IMG/VR virus record: IMGVR_UViG_3300031993_000018 | Span: 89,614 to 153,613 of that record | Source of the DNA: a virus | Taxonomy: Duplodnaviria; Heunggongvirae; Uroviricota; Caudoviricetes | Length of the DNA: 64,000 nucleotides | Direction: 5' to 3' (one strand) | Shown here: positions 1 through 9,963 of the stretch, piece by piece | Layout: each line of letters starts with the position of its first letter | How positions within the stretch are numbered: the first letter of the stretch is position 1 | The notes under the pieces: model-generated | Told to the model about the DNA's origin: nothing | The model's input: only the letters and a program-made list of their open reading frames with translations | The model's database searches: none | Position numbers and translations under genes: made by a program

Positions 1-351
1 TGTAGCATCATATGTTGACCGTTTTTTCGAGAAGGCTTCAACAATCATGGGGAACTGTATAGAGGTGCAGAACCACATAATGGCGTAAAATTTTCAAATA
101 GCGTAAAGGGCCTTGATTTTAGTAGAGGAGATTACATTGAAGCCAAAATAGATTTACGCAATTTAAATAGAGCAAAGCAGAACATCATCTCTATTGGAGA
201 AGATATAGCCAACTGGACCCCAAGTGGTAGTGGAGAAAAATATAATCTTCATATTTATTATCCCAATGATGTTAACGATTTACGAATAAGATTTTCTGCA
301 TTAAGCAGTAATAGAATTAAGATTGGTAATACCACTTATAATCGTAGAACA

Positions 352-663
352 ATGGGAATTGTTGATTCAGATATATTTTATTTTGATGAGGATACTAATT
401 ATGAAGTTACTATAAAATTTGACAAAGATGGATTTTATGTCAATGACCACTTGATAACCAGAGATGATTTTGAATCTGTTGAACCAAGTAAAATACCTGA
501 GTGGCCAACAAATCCAAGTGGTACTGGAACAGATGTTTGGACATATCCAGATTATTTCATGTTACATTTCCAAAATAAAGTAAGTGTTAGTTTTGGAAGC
601 ATGGAAGGTAGTACACGAAGTTACGCTTATTATGAATACATAAAATATCATCATGTACTATAA
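352..663 (+). CDS. Hypothetical protein. ATG at 352, but the frame is open from 19 to 351 with no in-frame ATG/GTG/TTG, so the start is uncertain
   Basis: ORF track gives 103 aa. I translated frame 1 upstream by eye and found it stop-free from 19. TAA stop is followed by a hairpin terminator at 664..690. Confidence 0.4.
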   Translation: MGIVDSDIFYFDEDTNYEVTIKFDKDGFYVNDHLITRDDFESVEPSKIPEWPTNPSGTGTDVWTYPDYFMLHFQNKVSVSFGSMEGSTRSYAYYEYIKYHHVL

Positions 664-744
664 AAGAGAGGATAAAACATCCTCTCTTTTGTACATAAAT
701 ATTTTATAAAAACTTTGTTATATTTAATATACAAAATAAGTTAT

Positions 745-951
745 ATGAGTATGAATGATTTGAAATACTTTGGTAAGGTGGTTGCCTTGTTTCTTGCAGG
801 ATTCATTGCCATCATCACAGCATCAGGTGTTTGGAATGGTGTAGCAGAAGGATGTGTTGATTCCTTCTATGGTTGGGTTGCTGGTATCAACTTCATCATC
901 CAGGGATTTGGTATCTATTCACTTTATAAGAAATTATTCCCAAAAGAATAA
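745..951 (+). CDS. Small two-TM membrane protein (start 715 or 745)
   Basis: Hydrophobic segments ALFLAGFIAIITASGVW and VAGINFIIQGFGIYSLY; it follows a terminator/promoter cassette. Confidence 0.4.
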   Translation: MSMNDLKYFGKVVALFLAGFIAIITASGVWNGVAEGCVDSFYGWVAGINFIIQGFGIYSLYKKLFPKE

Positions 952-1148
952 TACAATATGCTCTCTGGTGAGTTTATGGGTGTCTTGATTAACTTCATAT
1001 ATGACCCATAAATAAAAGTGGTATAAGTGCAGTATATTCCAGGAGTACATACTGCAACGGTTCATAGTTCAGCCGGGAAACGTACGAAACTATGCGTGGG
1101 ATCCATAACAGACGGAGAAGCATACGGTCACTTGAAAGTCTGTTTTTC

Positions 1149-1236
1149 GGAGGGTTGCCTGAGTGGACGAAAGGGGCTGCCTGCTAAGCAGTTGAACCCT
1201 TTATGGGTTCCAGAGGTTCGAATCCTCTACCCTCCG
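1149..1236 (+). tRNA. tRNA-Ser (anticodon GCU), class II with long variable arm
   Basis: Hand-folded cloverleaf. Acceptor GGAGGGT pairs with ACCCTCC, discriminator G. D-stem CCT pairs with AGG around a GG-containing loop. Anticodon stem GCTGC/GCAGT with loop CTGCTAA. Variable arm AACCC-TTTAT-GGGTT. T-arm AGAGG-TTCGAAT-CCTCT. CCA is not encoded. Confidence 0.8.
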
Positions 1237-1354
1237 CACATAAATACTATGAATATACAATGTTTTTGGTCCAGAGGATTCCGGAACCTTTTGAGTGTTA
1301 ATAAAAGACACGAATGGATTAGAGACAGTTAAATACAAAATAATTTAATAAAGT

Positions 1355-2191
1355 ATGTCTAATTTTATCGTTAAAGACTCATTGGCAAAGATTGCCATCC
1401 AAAAAAATCTAATCAAGGAATACAAGACTTCTGAATCTGACAGAACAGTGTACCTCAATGATGGTACTGAATTCCAAATCTATCTCAAAAATCCTTATCA
1501 GACACATCTGGGTATTAAGATTTCTGTGAACAACAAGTCCATAGGTAATATGCTTGTGTTGAAACCAGGTCAGAGTTTCTGGCTTGACAGGTTTGTAAAT
1601 GAGAACAGTAAGTTCTTATTCTCTACATACCAGGTTGAAAACACAGGTGAGATGAAGTATGCAACCAGTAACAATGGTAAGGTAAAGATTGAGTTCTACC
1701 ATGAAAGGGAAAACACTTTCAGTTTCTGTCGAGGTGTCTCAACAGTTTATGATGGTTATAATGGTTGGAGTAGTGGTACCAAATTATACAACAATGACAA
1801 TATAACCTGTTATTACAGTGCTTCAACCATCACAGGTTCAGCAGCAACACCTGATACAGTTCTTACAGCAAGTTCTGCTTGCTTGGATTCAAGTTCTCGT
1901 TCAAGAAGTCTCAAAAAGGAGATTGACAAGAGTGCAAACAAGAAAGTTGATCATGACCTTACAATGGAGACAGGTAGGGTAGAAAAAGGTGGAAGATCAG
2001 ACCAGGAATTTACAACCTGTGACATTAATTTTGATTACTATCCATTCCAGACAGAGAACATCCTTATCCTTCCAAATTCAAGGAAGCAGATAAGGGTTGA
2101 GGATACCAGAAGAAGATATTGCAGTCAGTGCGGAAAGAAGGTAAGTCCAAAGGATAAGTTCTGTTCCAACTGTGGTGCGAAACTCTACTAA
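1355..2191 (+). CDS. Hypothetical protein with C-terminal zinc-ribbon (CSQCGKK...CSNCGAK)
   Basis: 278 aa ORF; two CxxC pairs at the C-terminus; hairpin terminator at 2192..2222. Confidence 0.5.
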   Translation: MSNFIVKDSLAKIAIQKNLIKEYKTSESDRTVYLNDGTEFQIYLKNPYQTHLGIKISVNNKSIGNMLVLKPGQSFWLDRFVNENSKFLFSTYQVENTGEMKYATSNNGKVKIEFYHERENTFSFCRGVSTVYDGYNGWSSGTKLYNNDNITCYYSASTITGSAATPDTVLTASSACLDSSSRSRSLKKEIDKSANKKVDHDLTMETGRVEKGGRSDQEFTTCDINFDYYPFQTENILILPNSRKQIRVEDTRRRYCSQCGKKVSPKDKFCSNCGAKLY

Positions 2192-2234
2192 ACAAAATCC
2201 CGGATGAAAGTCCGGGATTTTTCGTAAATATAGT

Positions 2235-2615
2235 ATGAAAAGATTTACAAACAGTGAGATTACATTTGGTGAGGAGATCCAAATCAATGACTGGCAGGTC
2301 AGACTTCCTGTCATTGTTGATGGTAAGGAGATGTCTGTTGATGATGTGAACTTCATCATAGAACCTCATTATGTGTCAGGAGAGACATTGTATCAACCTC
2401 ATATATTCATTGATGAAAGACTCCGGGACCAAGGTCTGGGATATGGAATCTACAAGGCATTCATACATGAGTTCGGGAACATATACAGTTCCCACTGGTG
2501 TAGGACAAACAACAAGGAAATTATATCCATCTTCAACAAACTTGCACTGGAAGATGACATAGTGGTGGAGAAAAACAACAAATATTATTTCGCATATCTA
2601 AAGGGTTCAAGATAA
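2235..2615 (+). CDS. Hypothetical protein
   Basis: 126 aa ORF immediately after a terminator; followed by a hairpin plus TTTTGTTATATTTAA cassette. Confidence 0.45.
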   Translation: MKRFTNSEITFGEEIQINDWQVRLPVIVDGKEMSVDDVNFIIEPHYVSGETLYQPHIFIDERLRDQGLGYGIYKAFIHEFGNIYSSHWCRTNNKEIISIFNKLALEDDIVVEKNNKYYFAYLKGSR

Positions 2616-2661
2616 TTTGAACCTTTTTTGTTATATTTAATCTGGATTATTTAATTGAATT

Positions 2662-3792
2662 ATGCAGATTATAGACAATGTACAACTTGACTTCAGTGAT
2701 GTTCTCATTAAACCCAGGAGGTCAAGTATTGATTCGAGAAGTAAGGTAGATATTACCAGGGAGTACAAATTCAAATGGTGTCCATATAAAATCACAGGTA
2801 CTGGTATTATGCAGGCCAATATGGGAACCATAGGTAACTTTAAAGTGAGTGAGAAACTGTTGGAGAATGGTATGTTTGCTTGCCTTCACAAATATCATGA
2901 TACTGACAAACTGATTGATTTCTACAAGAAACTCATCCACAAAGGTGACGGAAGTATGAGAAGATGTCTCCTTGCAATAGGATTGAGAGATAATGGTATT
3001 GAGAAACTGAGGGAAATAAACAAGGCAACCGGTGAACAGATTGGTGTGAAGTTTGATGTTCCCAATGGATATATTCCCCAGGTAAAGGAAAGAGTCATTG
3101 AACTCAGGAAGGAGTTTCCAGATATGTTCATTATGGTTGGTAATGTGGTTACTGGTGATATCACAGAAGACCTGATTCTGTCAGGTGCAGACTGTGTTGC
3201 AGTAGGTATCGGTAATGGTGCCCAGTGTCTCACAAGAAGACAGACAGGTTGCGGAAGACCACAGTTCTCCGCTGTCGTAGAGTGTGCAGATGCAGCTCAC
3301 CAGGTCGGAGGTATGGTTTGTTCTGATGGTGGTATCACCTGTCCTGGAGATTTGGGTAAGGCATTTGGTGCCGGTGCGGATTTCATTATGATAGGAAGTC
3401 TGTTTGCAGGAACTGATGAGGCAGATGGTGAGACTGTTGAGAAGTATGTCTTCAATGGTGAGTATGACAAAATATTATATAATCCTGGTTATGTGTTTGA
3501 TCCCCATCTTGATAAGAAACAGTTCAAACAGTTCTATGGTATGAGTTCAACTCTGGCCCAGGAAAAGTTTGGTAATGGTAAACCCAGTTACCGTGCGAGT
3601 GAAGGTCGTGTAACTCTGATGCCTTATACAGGATCTGTTTGTGATGTGATTGAGGAACTCCTTGGAGGATTGAGGTCAACAATGACTTATATAGGTGCAT
3701 GGAAACTCAAGAATATTCCTAAACAGTGTGTGTTCTATAAGGTTCACAACCAACTGAACCAGACATATGAGAGATTTACAGTAGGTAAATAA
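2662..3792 (+). CDS. guaC: GMP reductase (IMPDH/GMPR family)
   Basis: N-terminal LDFSDVLIKPRRSS and the motif GADCVAVGIGNGAQCLTRRQTGCGRPQFSAVVECADAAH...SDGGI...GADFIMIGSLFAG match E. coli GuaC almost motif-for-motif, including the catalytic Cys loop. Confidence 0.85.
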   Translation: MQIIDNVQLDFSDVLIKPRRSSIDSRSKVDITREYKFKWCPYKITGTGIMQANMGTIGNFKVSEKLLENGMFACLHKYHDTDKLIDFYKKLIHKGDGSMRRCLLAIGLRDNGIEKLREINKATGEQIGVKFDVPNGYIPQVKERVIELRKEFPDMFIMVGNVVTGDITEDLILSGADCVAVGIGNGAQCLTRRQTGCGRPQFSAVVECADAAHQVGGMVCSDGGITCPGDLGKAFGAGADFIMIGSLFAGTDEADGETVEKYVFNGEYDKILYNPGYVFDPHLDKKQFKQFYGMSSTLAQEKFGNGKPSYRASEGRVTLMPYTGSVCDVIEELLGGLRSTMTYIGAWKLKNIPKQCVFYKVHNQLNQTYERFTVGK

Positions 3793-3830
3793 AAAAATGA
3801 GAGGTTGTTGCCTCTCATTTTTATTTTAAT
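3793..3830. terminator. Bidirectional intrinsic terminator between convergent genes
   Basis: aaaaaaaTGAGAGGttgttgCCTCTCAttttttatttt: a perfect 8-bp stem flanked by an A-run and a T-run. Confidence 0.6.
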
Positions 3831-4758
3831 CACCCCAGTATGTACCTGGTCTTGAACAATTAATTTCAACTTCATATTTATATCCTTTTGAGAAGTTGTC
3901 ATCATTGACATATCTCATAACAGTCTTGACATCATAAGGACTCATTGAGATGAACTCATCATATTTGACATAAGGTGCATCCATATAATCATCAGATTTC
4001 AGTGCATCTGCAATTTCCTTTGGAACATCCTGGGCAGCAATCTCCTCATAGTTGTCAGGATTTGCCTCAACATCTGCCTTGAGTGCCTCAACCCTTGCAT
4101 CATATGCTTCTTTCTTTGCCTTCTCTGCGGCAGTCCTGGCTTCCTCCTCTTCTTTTTCTATTCTTCTCTTTTCCTCCTCTTCCCTCTGCTTTTCAAGATA
4201 TTTGTCATAAAGTTCATCCACTTCCTTTGTAACTTCCTCAAGACCTGATGTCCTGATTTTGATGAACATTTCCAGAAAACCTATTGCATCATTGTTACTG
4301 CTGTAATATGATTTTGAATCTATTGTTGTGAAATAGAAGTATTTGTTTTCCTCATTCCAAAGAACATAATAGAGGTCACCCTTGTTTGTGAAGCATGATT
4401 TAACTTTCTCAATATTGGGTTCTGACAATACTTCAAGGAGTCTGTCCACTTTACCTTCTGTACCGAATGTATGTGTGTCCAAATATGCCTTACTTGGTTT
4501 ATGAGAAATATAATCTCTACCTCCACATTCATATAATTTATCACATATTTCATCAGGAACAACAGCCTTGATTTCCTTATATGCAAAATTATTAAAAGTT
4601 TTTACTTTGAAAGATATGTTTCCCAGGAACTCATAATCCTTTGAAAGGAAACCATTCTTCATCTGTGAATAACTCAGATTCCTGATGTTTCCATTTTCAA
4701 GTTCCTTTATTGAAATAGATTCCTTAAGAAAGTTGTAACTATTAAAGTTTGGTACCAT
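3826..4758 (-). CDS. Hypothetical protein with a central E/K/R-rich coiled coil (minus-strand moron)
   Basis: 310 aa ORF on the opposite strand, lying between a bidirectional terminator and a divergent promoter region. Contains an EKQREEEEKRRIEKEEEEARTAAEKAKKEA segment. Confidence 0.55.
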   Translation of the reverse strand: MVPNFNSYNFLKESISIKELENGNIRNLSYSQMKNGFLSKDYEFLGNISFKVKTFNNFAYKEIKAVVPDEICDKLYECGGRDYISHKPSKAYLDTHTFGTEGKVDRLLEVLSEPNIEKVKSCFTNKGDLYYVLWNEENKYFYFTTIDSKSYYSSNNDAIGFLEMFIKIRTSGLEEVTKEVDELYDKYLEKQREEEEKRRIEKEEEEARTAAEKAKKEAYDARVEALKADVEANPDNYEEIAAQDVPKEIADALKSDDYMDAPYVKYDEFISMSPYDVKTVMRYVNDDNFSKGYKYEVEINCSRPGTYWGD

Positions 4759-4788
4759 ATTTTTGTTATATTTATAATTGAACTTATA

Positions 4789-5889
4789 ATGTATTTATGT
4801 ATGAATAAGAATTTTTTAGAAGATTTTTTGAAGACTTACAGACCTTCAGGGTTTGAACAGGAAGGTGCTGAAGTGTTTGTCAGTAATGCCTGTGGACTCA
4901 AAGGAGTCAAGAAAGAGTTTATTGATAAGATGTGGAATGCATGTGTGAGTGTGGGTAGTGAAAAGGAGGATGCACTGAAAATCCTCATCTCCGGTCACTC
5001 TGATCAGAACTGTCTCATTGTGACTGAAATCACAAAGAATGGTTTCCTCAAGTATGCAACCCAGGGTGGATTCTCTCCAAGGACAGTAATTGATTCAGAC
5101 CTCTTTGTCATCACAAACAATGATGGTGTGAAGAAACTTATCCCCTGCTTCTGTAGTTATAAAGCAATACATATAGAAAAACCGGATGACAGAAAGAAAT
5201 GTCCAGAACATAAGGATCTCTATCTTGATTTGGGATGTACATCCAGGGAACAGGTTGAGAAACTCGGTGTACATATAGGTGACCTGGTTGTATTCAACAA
5301 CAGTGGTCTGAATATGGACTTTGGTCCTGATGGCAACTACATTGTAGGTTCAGGTCTTGATGATGGTGTTGCTTGCGGAATCGTTTATGATGTCCTGAAG
5401 AAACTTGATGAGAATGAACTCAAGGAGATGAACATCAGGGTATATGGTGCATGCATCACATCAGAGGAAACTGGTGCCAGGGGTGTTGGTCCTGTAGTAA
5501 GAAAGGTTCAGCCACATATCTCCATAGATATTGATGTATGTCATGACTGCACCAAGGAGATTGGTGAGGATGAAGGCCGGATTGCAAAGATGGGTGATGG
5601 TGCTGTCCTGAACTATGGTCCTGACAAATACAGACCTCTCAATGAAGACTTGAGACAGATTGCAAAGGATTATGACATCAAGTTGCAACTCATTGCCGGC
5701 AAGGCAGGAGGTACAAACACCAACAACATCCAGATGATGTCAGACAACTGTGCCACAACCCTGTTGAGTATCCCTTGCAGATATATGCACAGCGGAACAC
5801 ATGAGATGGTCAATAAGGATGACATTGATGGTTGTGGTCAGCTCATATACAAGTTCATCAACAAGGTAGATCCAAAGAAGTATGTATAA
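4789..5889 (+). CDS. M42-family metallopeptidase (glutamyl aminopeptidase / cellulase-M like)
   Basis: Segments GHSDQNCLIVTEITKNGFLKY, GSGLDDGVACGIV, ITSEETGARG and RYMHSGTHEM line up with the conserved metal-ligand blocks of M42/FrvX peptidases. Confidence 0.6.
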   Translation: MYLCMNKNFLEDFLKTYRPSGFEQEGAEVFVSNACGLKGVKKEFIDKMWNACVSVGSEKEDALKILISGHSDQNCLIVTEITKNGFLKYATQGGFSPRTVIDSDLFVITNNDGVKKLIPCFCSYKAIHIEKPDDRKKCPEHKDLYLDLGCTSREQVEKLGVHIGDLVVFNNSGLNMDFGPDGNYIVGSGLDDGVACGIVYDVLKKLDENELKEMNIRVYGACITSEETGARGVGPVVRKVQPHISIDIDVCHDCTKEIGEDEGRIAKMGDGAVLNYGPDKYRPLNEDLRQIAKDYDIKLQLIAGKAGGTNTNNIQMMSDNCATTLLSIPCRYMHSGTHEMVNKDDIDGCGQLIYKFINKVDPKKYV

Positions 5890-6361
5890 GTCTGAAATCA
5901 CAGATGATATGCCTGAACTTGAGAAGTTTGTCAGGCAAGAGGCAGCTGCCTATGTCAATTCCACAATCTTCTTGAGTTGTATTTCAACCAGTCACAAGAA
6001 CATTGACAGTGTTGTTGAGAAAGGTAAGGATGTTGTACCATATGTAATTAAACTATACAAGGAGAATGGTGAATACTCCAACCAGAATATGTACACACAT
6101 TTCTTCCTGATTGTCATGCAGAGACTCTATGGTAACCCATTTGATGGATATGTAGGTATGAACTTTGCAGAGAGGTATTGGTTGAAGAGATATGAGCATG
6201 GCATGCTGGATGACTATGATGAGAATACAGACAAGAAAAAGGAAGAGAATTTCATACTTGACCTGTTCCAGTGTAAGTCTATGGAAGAACTGAAGGCATT
6301 TTTTAAACCTGATTCAGTAGCATCTTATGGAGGAGGAAACAAAAACATACAGGACTCCTAA
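5882..6361 (+). CDS. Hypothetical protein
   Basis: 159 aa ORF overlapping the preceding stop. Confidence 0.45.
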   Translation: MYKSEITDDMPELEKFVRQEAAAYVNSTIFLSCISTSHKNIDSVVEKGKDVVPYVIKLYKENGEYSNQNMYTHFFLIVMQRLYGNPFDGYVGMNFAERYWLKRYEHGMLDDYDENTDKKKEENFILDLFQCKSMEELKAFFKPDSVASYGGGNKNIQDS

Positions 6362-6752
6362 ATGGAGAGAGTATTACAGTATCATCCTCTGGTGGATGAA
6401 TGAAAAGTTCCATGACCAGAATAATCTGTCTGGTTATGATGCCACACCTGTACAAAAATCCATTGATGGTAATGAGGAATATTACTCATTCTGGGTTGAG
6501 ATAGGTAATCAGGTATATGAGAAAGGTCATGAAGATTATATGAAAGACAATCCTGAAGCTGGAAAATTCTATGAAATACTCAATCCTATGAAGAAGGTTA
6601 CACTGGATGACCTACAGGAACTCAATCTCAAACTGAAGGAAGCGGGTGCTGATGAGGTGTATATTCAGACAAAAGAGATGTATGTGCATGGTCAAGCAGC
6701 TTTGTACAATTACATAAGTCCGAATATCCTACAGTTACTCATCAAAAAATAA
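6327..6752 (+). CDS. Hypothetical protein
   Basis: 141 aa ORF with a terminator hairpin directly downstream. Confidence 0.4.
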   Translation: MEEETKTYRTPKWREYYSIILWWMNEKFHDQNNLSGYDATPVQKSIDGNEEYYSFWVEIGNQVYEKGHEDYMKDNPEAGKFYEILNPMKKVTLDDLQELNLKLKEAGADEVYIQTKEMYVHGQAALYNYISPNILQLLIKK

Positions 6753-6794
6753 TTGAAGAAAGAGTCAGGAAAACCTGACTCTTTTGTTATTTTT

Positions 6795-7388
6795 ATGTTG
6801 TCAAAAAATGTATTTATTATGAGCAGACCAAACAAATGTATCAAGGATGAGAATGGAAAGGATCAGTGGATCTCCCGCAGTACTGTGGTAATACCTATTG
6901 TATTCAAGATAGACAATGAAACCGGAGACATCTACACTATTGTGGAACAGAGAGGTAATGCAGTAACCCATCCTGGTGAATGGTGTTGTCCCTGTGGATT
7001 TATAGACTGGGATGAGACTCTTGAAGAGGCCTGTCAGAGGGAAGTGAGGGAAGAGACCGGAATCATCCTCAATCAGGAAAACATCCATTTTATGTATGTC
7101 TATAGTGACCCCAAGAGTACCAATCAGACTGTTGACTTGTGGTATATGTGCTGGACAGATGCAGACATAGACACATCAAAGATTGAAACAAAGGAAGAGG
7201 TTATGGATGTAAGGTGGCTGAAGGTCGGTAAGTTATACCGGGGTAGTACATTGTTCATCTTCAACACATCAATCAAAAACTGTTATGGTACCTGGGCATT
7301 TAAGACACATGCCGGCAGAGTCATAGAGATGTTGAAAACAATTGTCAAAGATGCCAAGAATGGTAGAGTGGTTGAAGTAAATGATTAA
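6795..7388 (+). CDS. NUDIX hydrolase
   Basis: Nudix box [23 protein letters not shown] (Gx5Ex7REUxEExGU). The ORF-track start at 6753 is a TTG lying inside terminator hairpin 6761..6783, so the ATG at 6795 (or 6819) is preferred. Confidence 0.75.
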   Translation: MLSKNVFIMSRPNKCIKDENGKDQWISRSTVVIPIVFKIDNETGDIYTIVEQRGNAVTHPGEWCCPCGFIDWDETLEEACQREVREETGIILNQENIHFMYVYSDPKSTNQTVDLWYMCWTDADIDTSKIETKEEVMDVRWLKVGKLYRGSTLFIFNTSIKNCYGTWAFKTHAGRVIEMLKTIVKDAKNGRVVEVND

Positions 7389-8880
7389 GAAAGGCAAATA
7401 TGAGAATATCCTGGATCATGGATATACAGTCTGGCTTGACTTCTTGCTGAATGACCAGCAGAAGGATGTCATCAAGCAGATAAATGACTTCATAACAAGT
7501 CCTACTGAATTTGCTATGACCATATCCGGATGGGCTGGAACAGGTAAGACCACCCTGATGGAAATTGTCAACAAGAGGTACTGGATGAGTCATACTGTTC
7601 ATTTTGCAGCCACTACACACAAGGCAGCAGGTGTACTCAAGGAGAAAGTAGGAAAGAAGGTATTTACTGTCAATTCACTCTTTGGAATCATGATTGAAAC
7701 CGATATGGAGGGTGAAACATATGATGTGTCCAAGAAAGCAAGGAAACTATCTGATGACAAAGTGAAACCAAACTCAATCATCATTATTGATGAGGCATCT
7801 ATGCTTTCCATCCAGAACTATATTGATGTGATTCTCAAGGCAAGAGAAAGAAAGTGCAAGATAATCTTCATAGGTGATTCAGCACAGTTGTCTCCTGTCA
7901 ATGAGGATGACATCTCCATTGTGTTCAGAAATACAGATCACAGGATAGTGGAACTCACCAAAGTGATGAGAACTGATGATGACTCCATCCTGAATGAATC
8001 CACTTCTGTAAGAACAGGTGATGGATTCACATATGAAACTCACATCAATGAAGAGGGAGATGGTGTCAGATATATCTCAAGTAAGGATACAAAAGCAATT
8101 CTTGATGTAATTGACAATCATATTGAAGGTCTGAAAGATGATCCCAATTACTTCAGGGTACTTACATACACCAATGCCAATGTGGAGAAACTGAACAGGA
8201 TGATCCGCAAGAAACTTGGTTATGACGGTCTGAATCCACAACCTGGGGAACCATTGATGGCATACAGTAACTGGGGGTATCAGGGTATGGGTCTATCAGG
8301 TGCTGTATATGTTGTGGTCAATTCGGAGGCATATACAGTCAAGAGTGTTCCTGAAATGTATGATGTCATTGTCCATAAAGAGGATGTAAGCAGAATGATA
8401 ACATACACCAATGAATCAAGATTGGATGACTACAACCTTGAAATCATTGACCTTGAGATTGAAGACTCACTGGGTATTCCTATTGATGTTCCTTTGATTG
8501 ATGTCAAGAACAACTCTCACAACAGGGAGATAGTGGTTGCCCTTGCATATGAGAAAGTCCATCAGTGGAATCTCTACAGGGAAGCGGAAAACAAAAATGA
8601 CAAACTGACCTGTCTTGATAAGATAAATGCCATTGATGACTTCCTGTTTGTCAATGACAATGTATATGACAAGTATGGAACTCTGATCCAGGCCAAGGTG
8701 ATTGACTATGGTTATGCCCATACAATCCACAAGAGTCAGGGAAGTACCTTCAGGCATGTTCTCATCAATGATGATGACATCAACCGCTGTCTTGACAAGA
8801 ATGTAAAAAAGCAGCTCAGGTATGTGGCTGTTACCAGGGCACAGAAATCAGCAAATATTATTACATCACATGTTGTTTAA
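7381..8880 (+). CDS. Dda/RecD-like SF1B DNA helicase
   Basis: Walker [10 protein letters not shown], Walker [11 protein letters not shown], and a C-terminal [13 protein letters not shown] motif typical of RecD/Dda/Pif1-type helicases. Confidence 0.8.
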   Translation: MIKKGKYENILDHGYTVWLDFLLNDQQKDVIKQINDFITSPTEFAMTISGWAGTGKTTLMEIVNKRYWMSHTVHFAATTHKAAGVLKEKVGKKVFTVNSLFGIMIETDMEGETYDVSKKARKLSDDKVKPNSIIIIDEASMLSIQNYIDVILKARERKCKIIFIGDSAQLSPVNEDDISIVFRNTDHRIVELTKVMRTDDDSILNESTSVRTGDGFTYETHINEEGDGVRYISSKDTKAILDVIDNHIEGLKDDPNYFRVLTYTNANVEKLNRMIRKKLGYDGLNPQPGEPLMAYSNWGYQGMGLSGAVYVVVNSEAYTVKSVPEMYDVIVHKEDVSRMITYTNESRLDDYNLEIIDLEIEDSLGIPIDVPLIDVKNNSHNREIVVALAYEKVHQWNLYREAENKNDKLTCLDKINAIDDFLFVNDNVYDKYGTLIQAKVIDYGYAHTIHKSQGSTFRHVLINDDDINRCLDKNVKKQLRYVAVTRAQKSANIITSHVV

Positions 8881-8882
8881 TT

Positions 8883-9494
8883 ATGAGTTATAAGATTAGT
8901 TTATACAGATGTCCAAAGAAGGATGTTGATTCAATAAGGGACATCACAGATGAGGAGTTTGAGGTCAATTATGACAAGATATATGCCACACTTGAAAAGG
9001 AGAAAATCAAGTATGACACCCTTGCAAATATACTTGACACTGGTATGGAGGTTAGGGAAAACCTATGCAGCAGAATCTTCACAAACAAACTGAAGTGTGA
9101 AGAGGATGTATCTTTCTACACAATATCCAAAGACCAGCTCAGGAATATCATAGAAAAAATCAGGCAGCGCACCTTTGAATATGAATGGGGAAACACCATT
9201 GATTATGACAATAAAATAATAGGTGAAAAGATACATGGAGATTTGTCCTGGGAGAAACCTACCTGGGATGAAGCCATCAAACATGTATGTCGTGAATCAA
9301 GGTTTGACGCAAGGATGTGGGCAGACTATCTGGAGAATGAAGACGGTACTAAAAGATACACCAATGTAGATACCAGTGACAATAAGTGGTGGATTACCAA
9401 TGGGTTTGGTTACAAGTACTGCATATTCAACTTTGTGCATATCCTGAAGTGTTTTGACTGGGAAAATGACTATCTTGTCGCAATCGGCGGATAA
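8883..9494 (+). CDS. Hypothetical protein
   Basis: 203 aa ORF. Confidence 0.45.
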   Translation: MSYKISLYRCPKKDVDSIRDITDEEFEVNYDKIYATLEKEKIKYDTLANILDTGMEVRENLCSRIFTNKLKCEEDVSFYTISKDQLRNIIEKIRQRTFEYEWGNTIDYDNKIIGEKIHGDLSWEKPTWDEAIKHVCRESRFDARMWADYLENEDGTKRYTNVDTSDNKWWITNGFGYKYCIFNFVHILKCFDWENDYLVAIGG

Positions 9495-9522
9495 ATTATT
9501 TTTCAATTTACATAAATAACGT

Positions 9523-9963
9523 ATGGGAAAATATAGAATGTACAGCTTGGTGCTGAGGCAACTAAACCCAATTCAAAAAGGTGTTCAATCAGCACACTCA
9601 ATCGTCGAATACGCAAAGAAATTCTACAAATCCACTGAATATATACAGTGGGTTAATGTGGATAAGACCATTATCATACTTGATGGTGGAACATATCCTG
9701 AATTGAAAGAATGTAGGGACACCCTCATCGATTTAGGTGTACCTTATATGGCTTTCTATGAAGAAGATCTTGGTGATGTGATGACTTCAATATCATTCCT
9801 GGTTGAAGACAAGGTCTGGGATTCGAAGTCATATCCTTCTTATGAAGATGAACTTGATGAGAATTCATCTGAATCCGAAAATCCGGTATGGCTCATTATG
9901 ATGGGTGGAAAACGGAATCTTGAATTAAGGAAATTCCTGATGAGTAAAAGACTTTCAGCATAA
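9523..9963 (+). CDS. Hypothetical protein, possibly peptidyl-tRNA hydrolase PTH2-like
   Basis: N-terminal YSLVLRQLNPIQKGVQSAHSIVEY resembles the PTH2 core K..vvR.DL.M..GK.aaQ..HA. Weak, from memory only. Confidence 0.3.
   Translation: MGKYRMYSLVLRQLNPIQKGVQSAHSIVEYAKKFYKSTEYIQWVNVDKTIIILDGGTYPELKECRDTLIDLGVPYMAFYEEDLGDVMTSISFLVEDKVWDSKSYPSYEDELDENSSESENPVWLIMMGGKRNLELRKFLMSKRLSA

Noticed and set aside
16-18. TGA recoding (as in some gut phages) to explain the open frame upstream of 352
   Set aside because: TGA is used as a genuine stop throughout the window, including many ATGA stop/start overlaps (10337, 11728, 12380, 14105, 34481, 34654, 34920), so a standard genetic code is assumed.
1027-1332. 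101-aa ORF in the ORF track
   Set aside because: It exactly overlies the tRNA-Ser cloverleaf and flanking non-coding DNA, with no promoter logic, so it was treated as a spurious ORF.
2064-2369. Minus-strand ORFs nested inside plus-strand genes (for example 2064..2369, 5461..5688, 8467..8757, 17111..17518, 20578..21075, 22910..23614 and many others)
   Set aside because: All lie antisense within longer, motif-supported plus-strand genes and lack their own promoter and terminator context, so they were treated as shadow ORFs. Only 3826..4758 and 40281..40577 have independent intergenic flanks.
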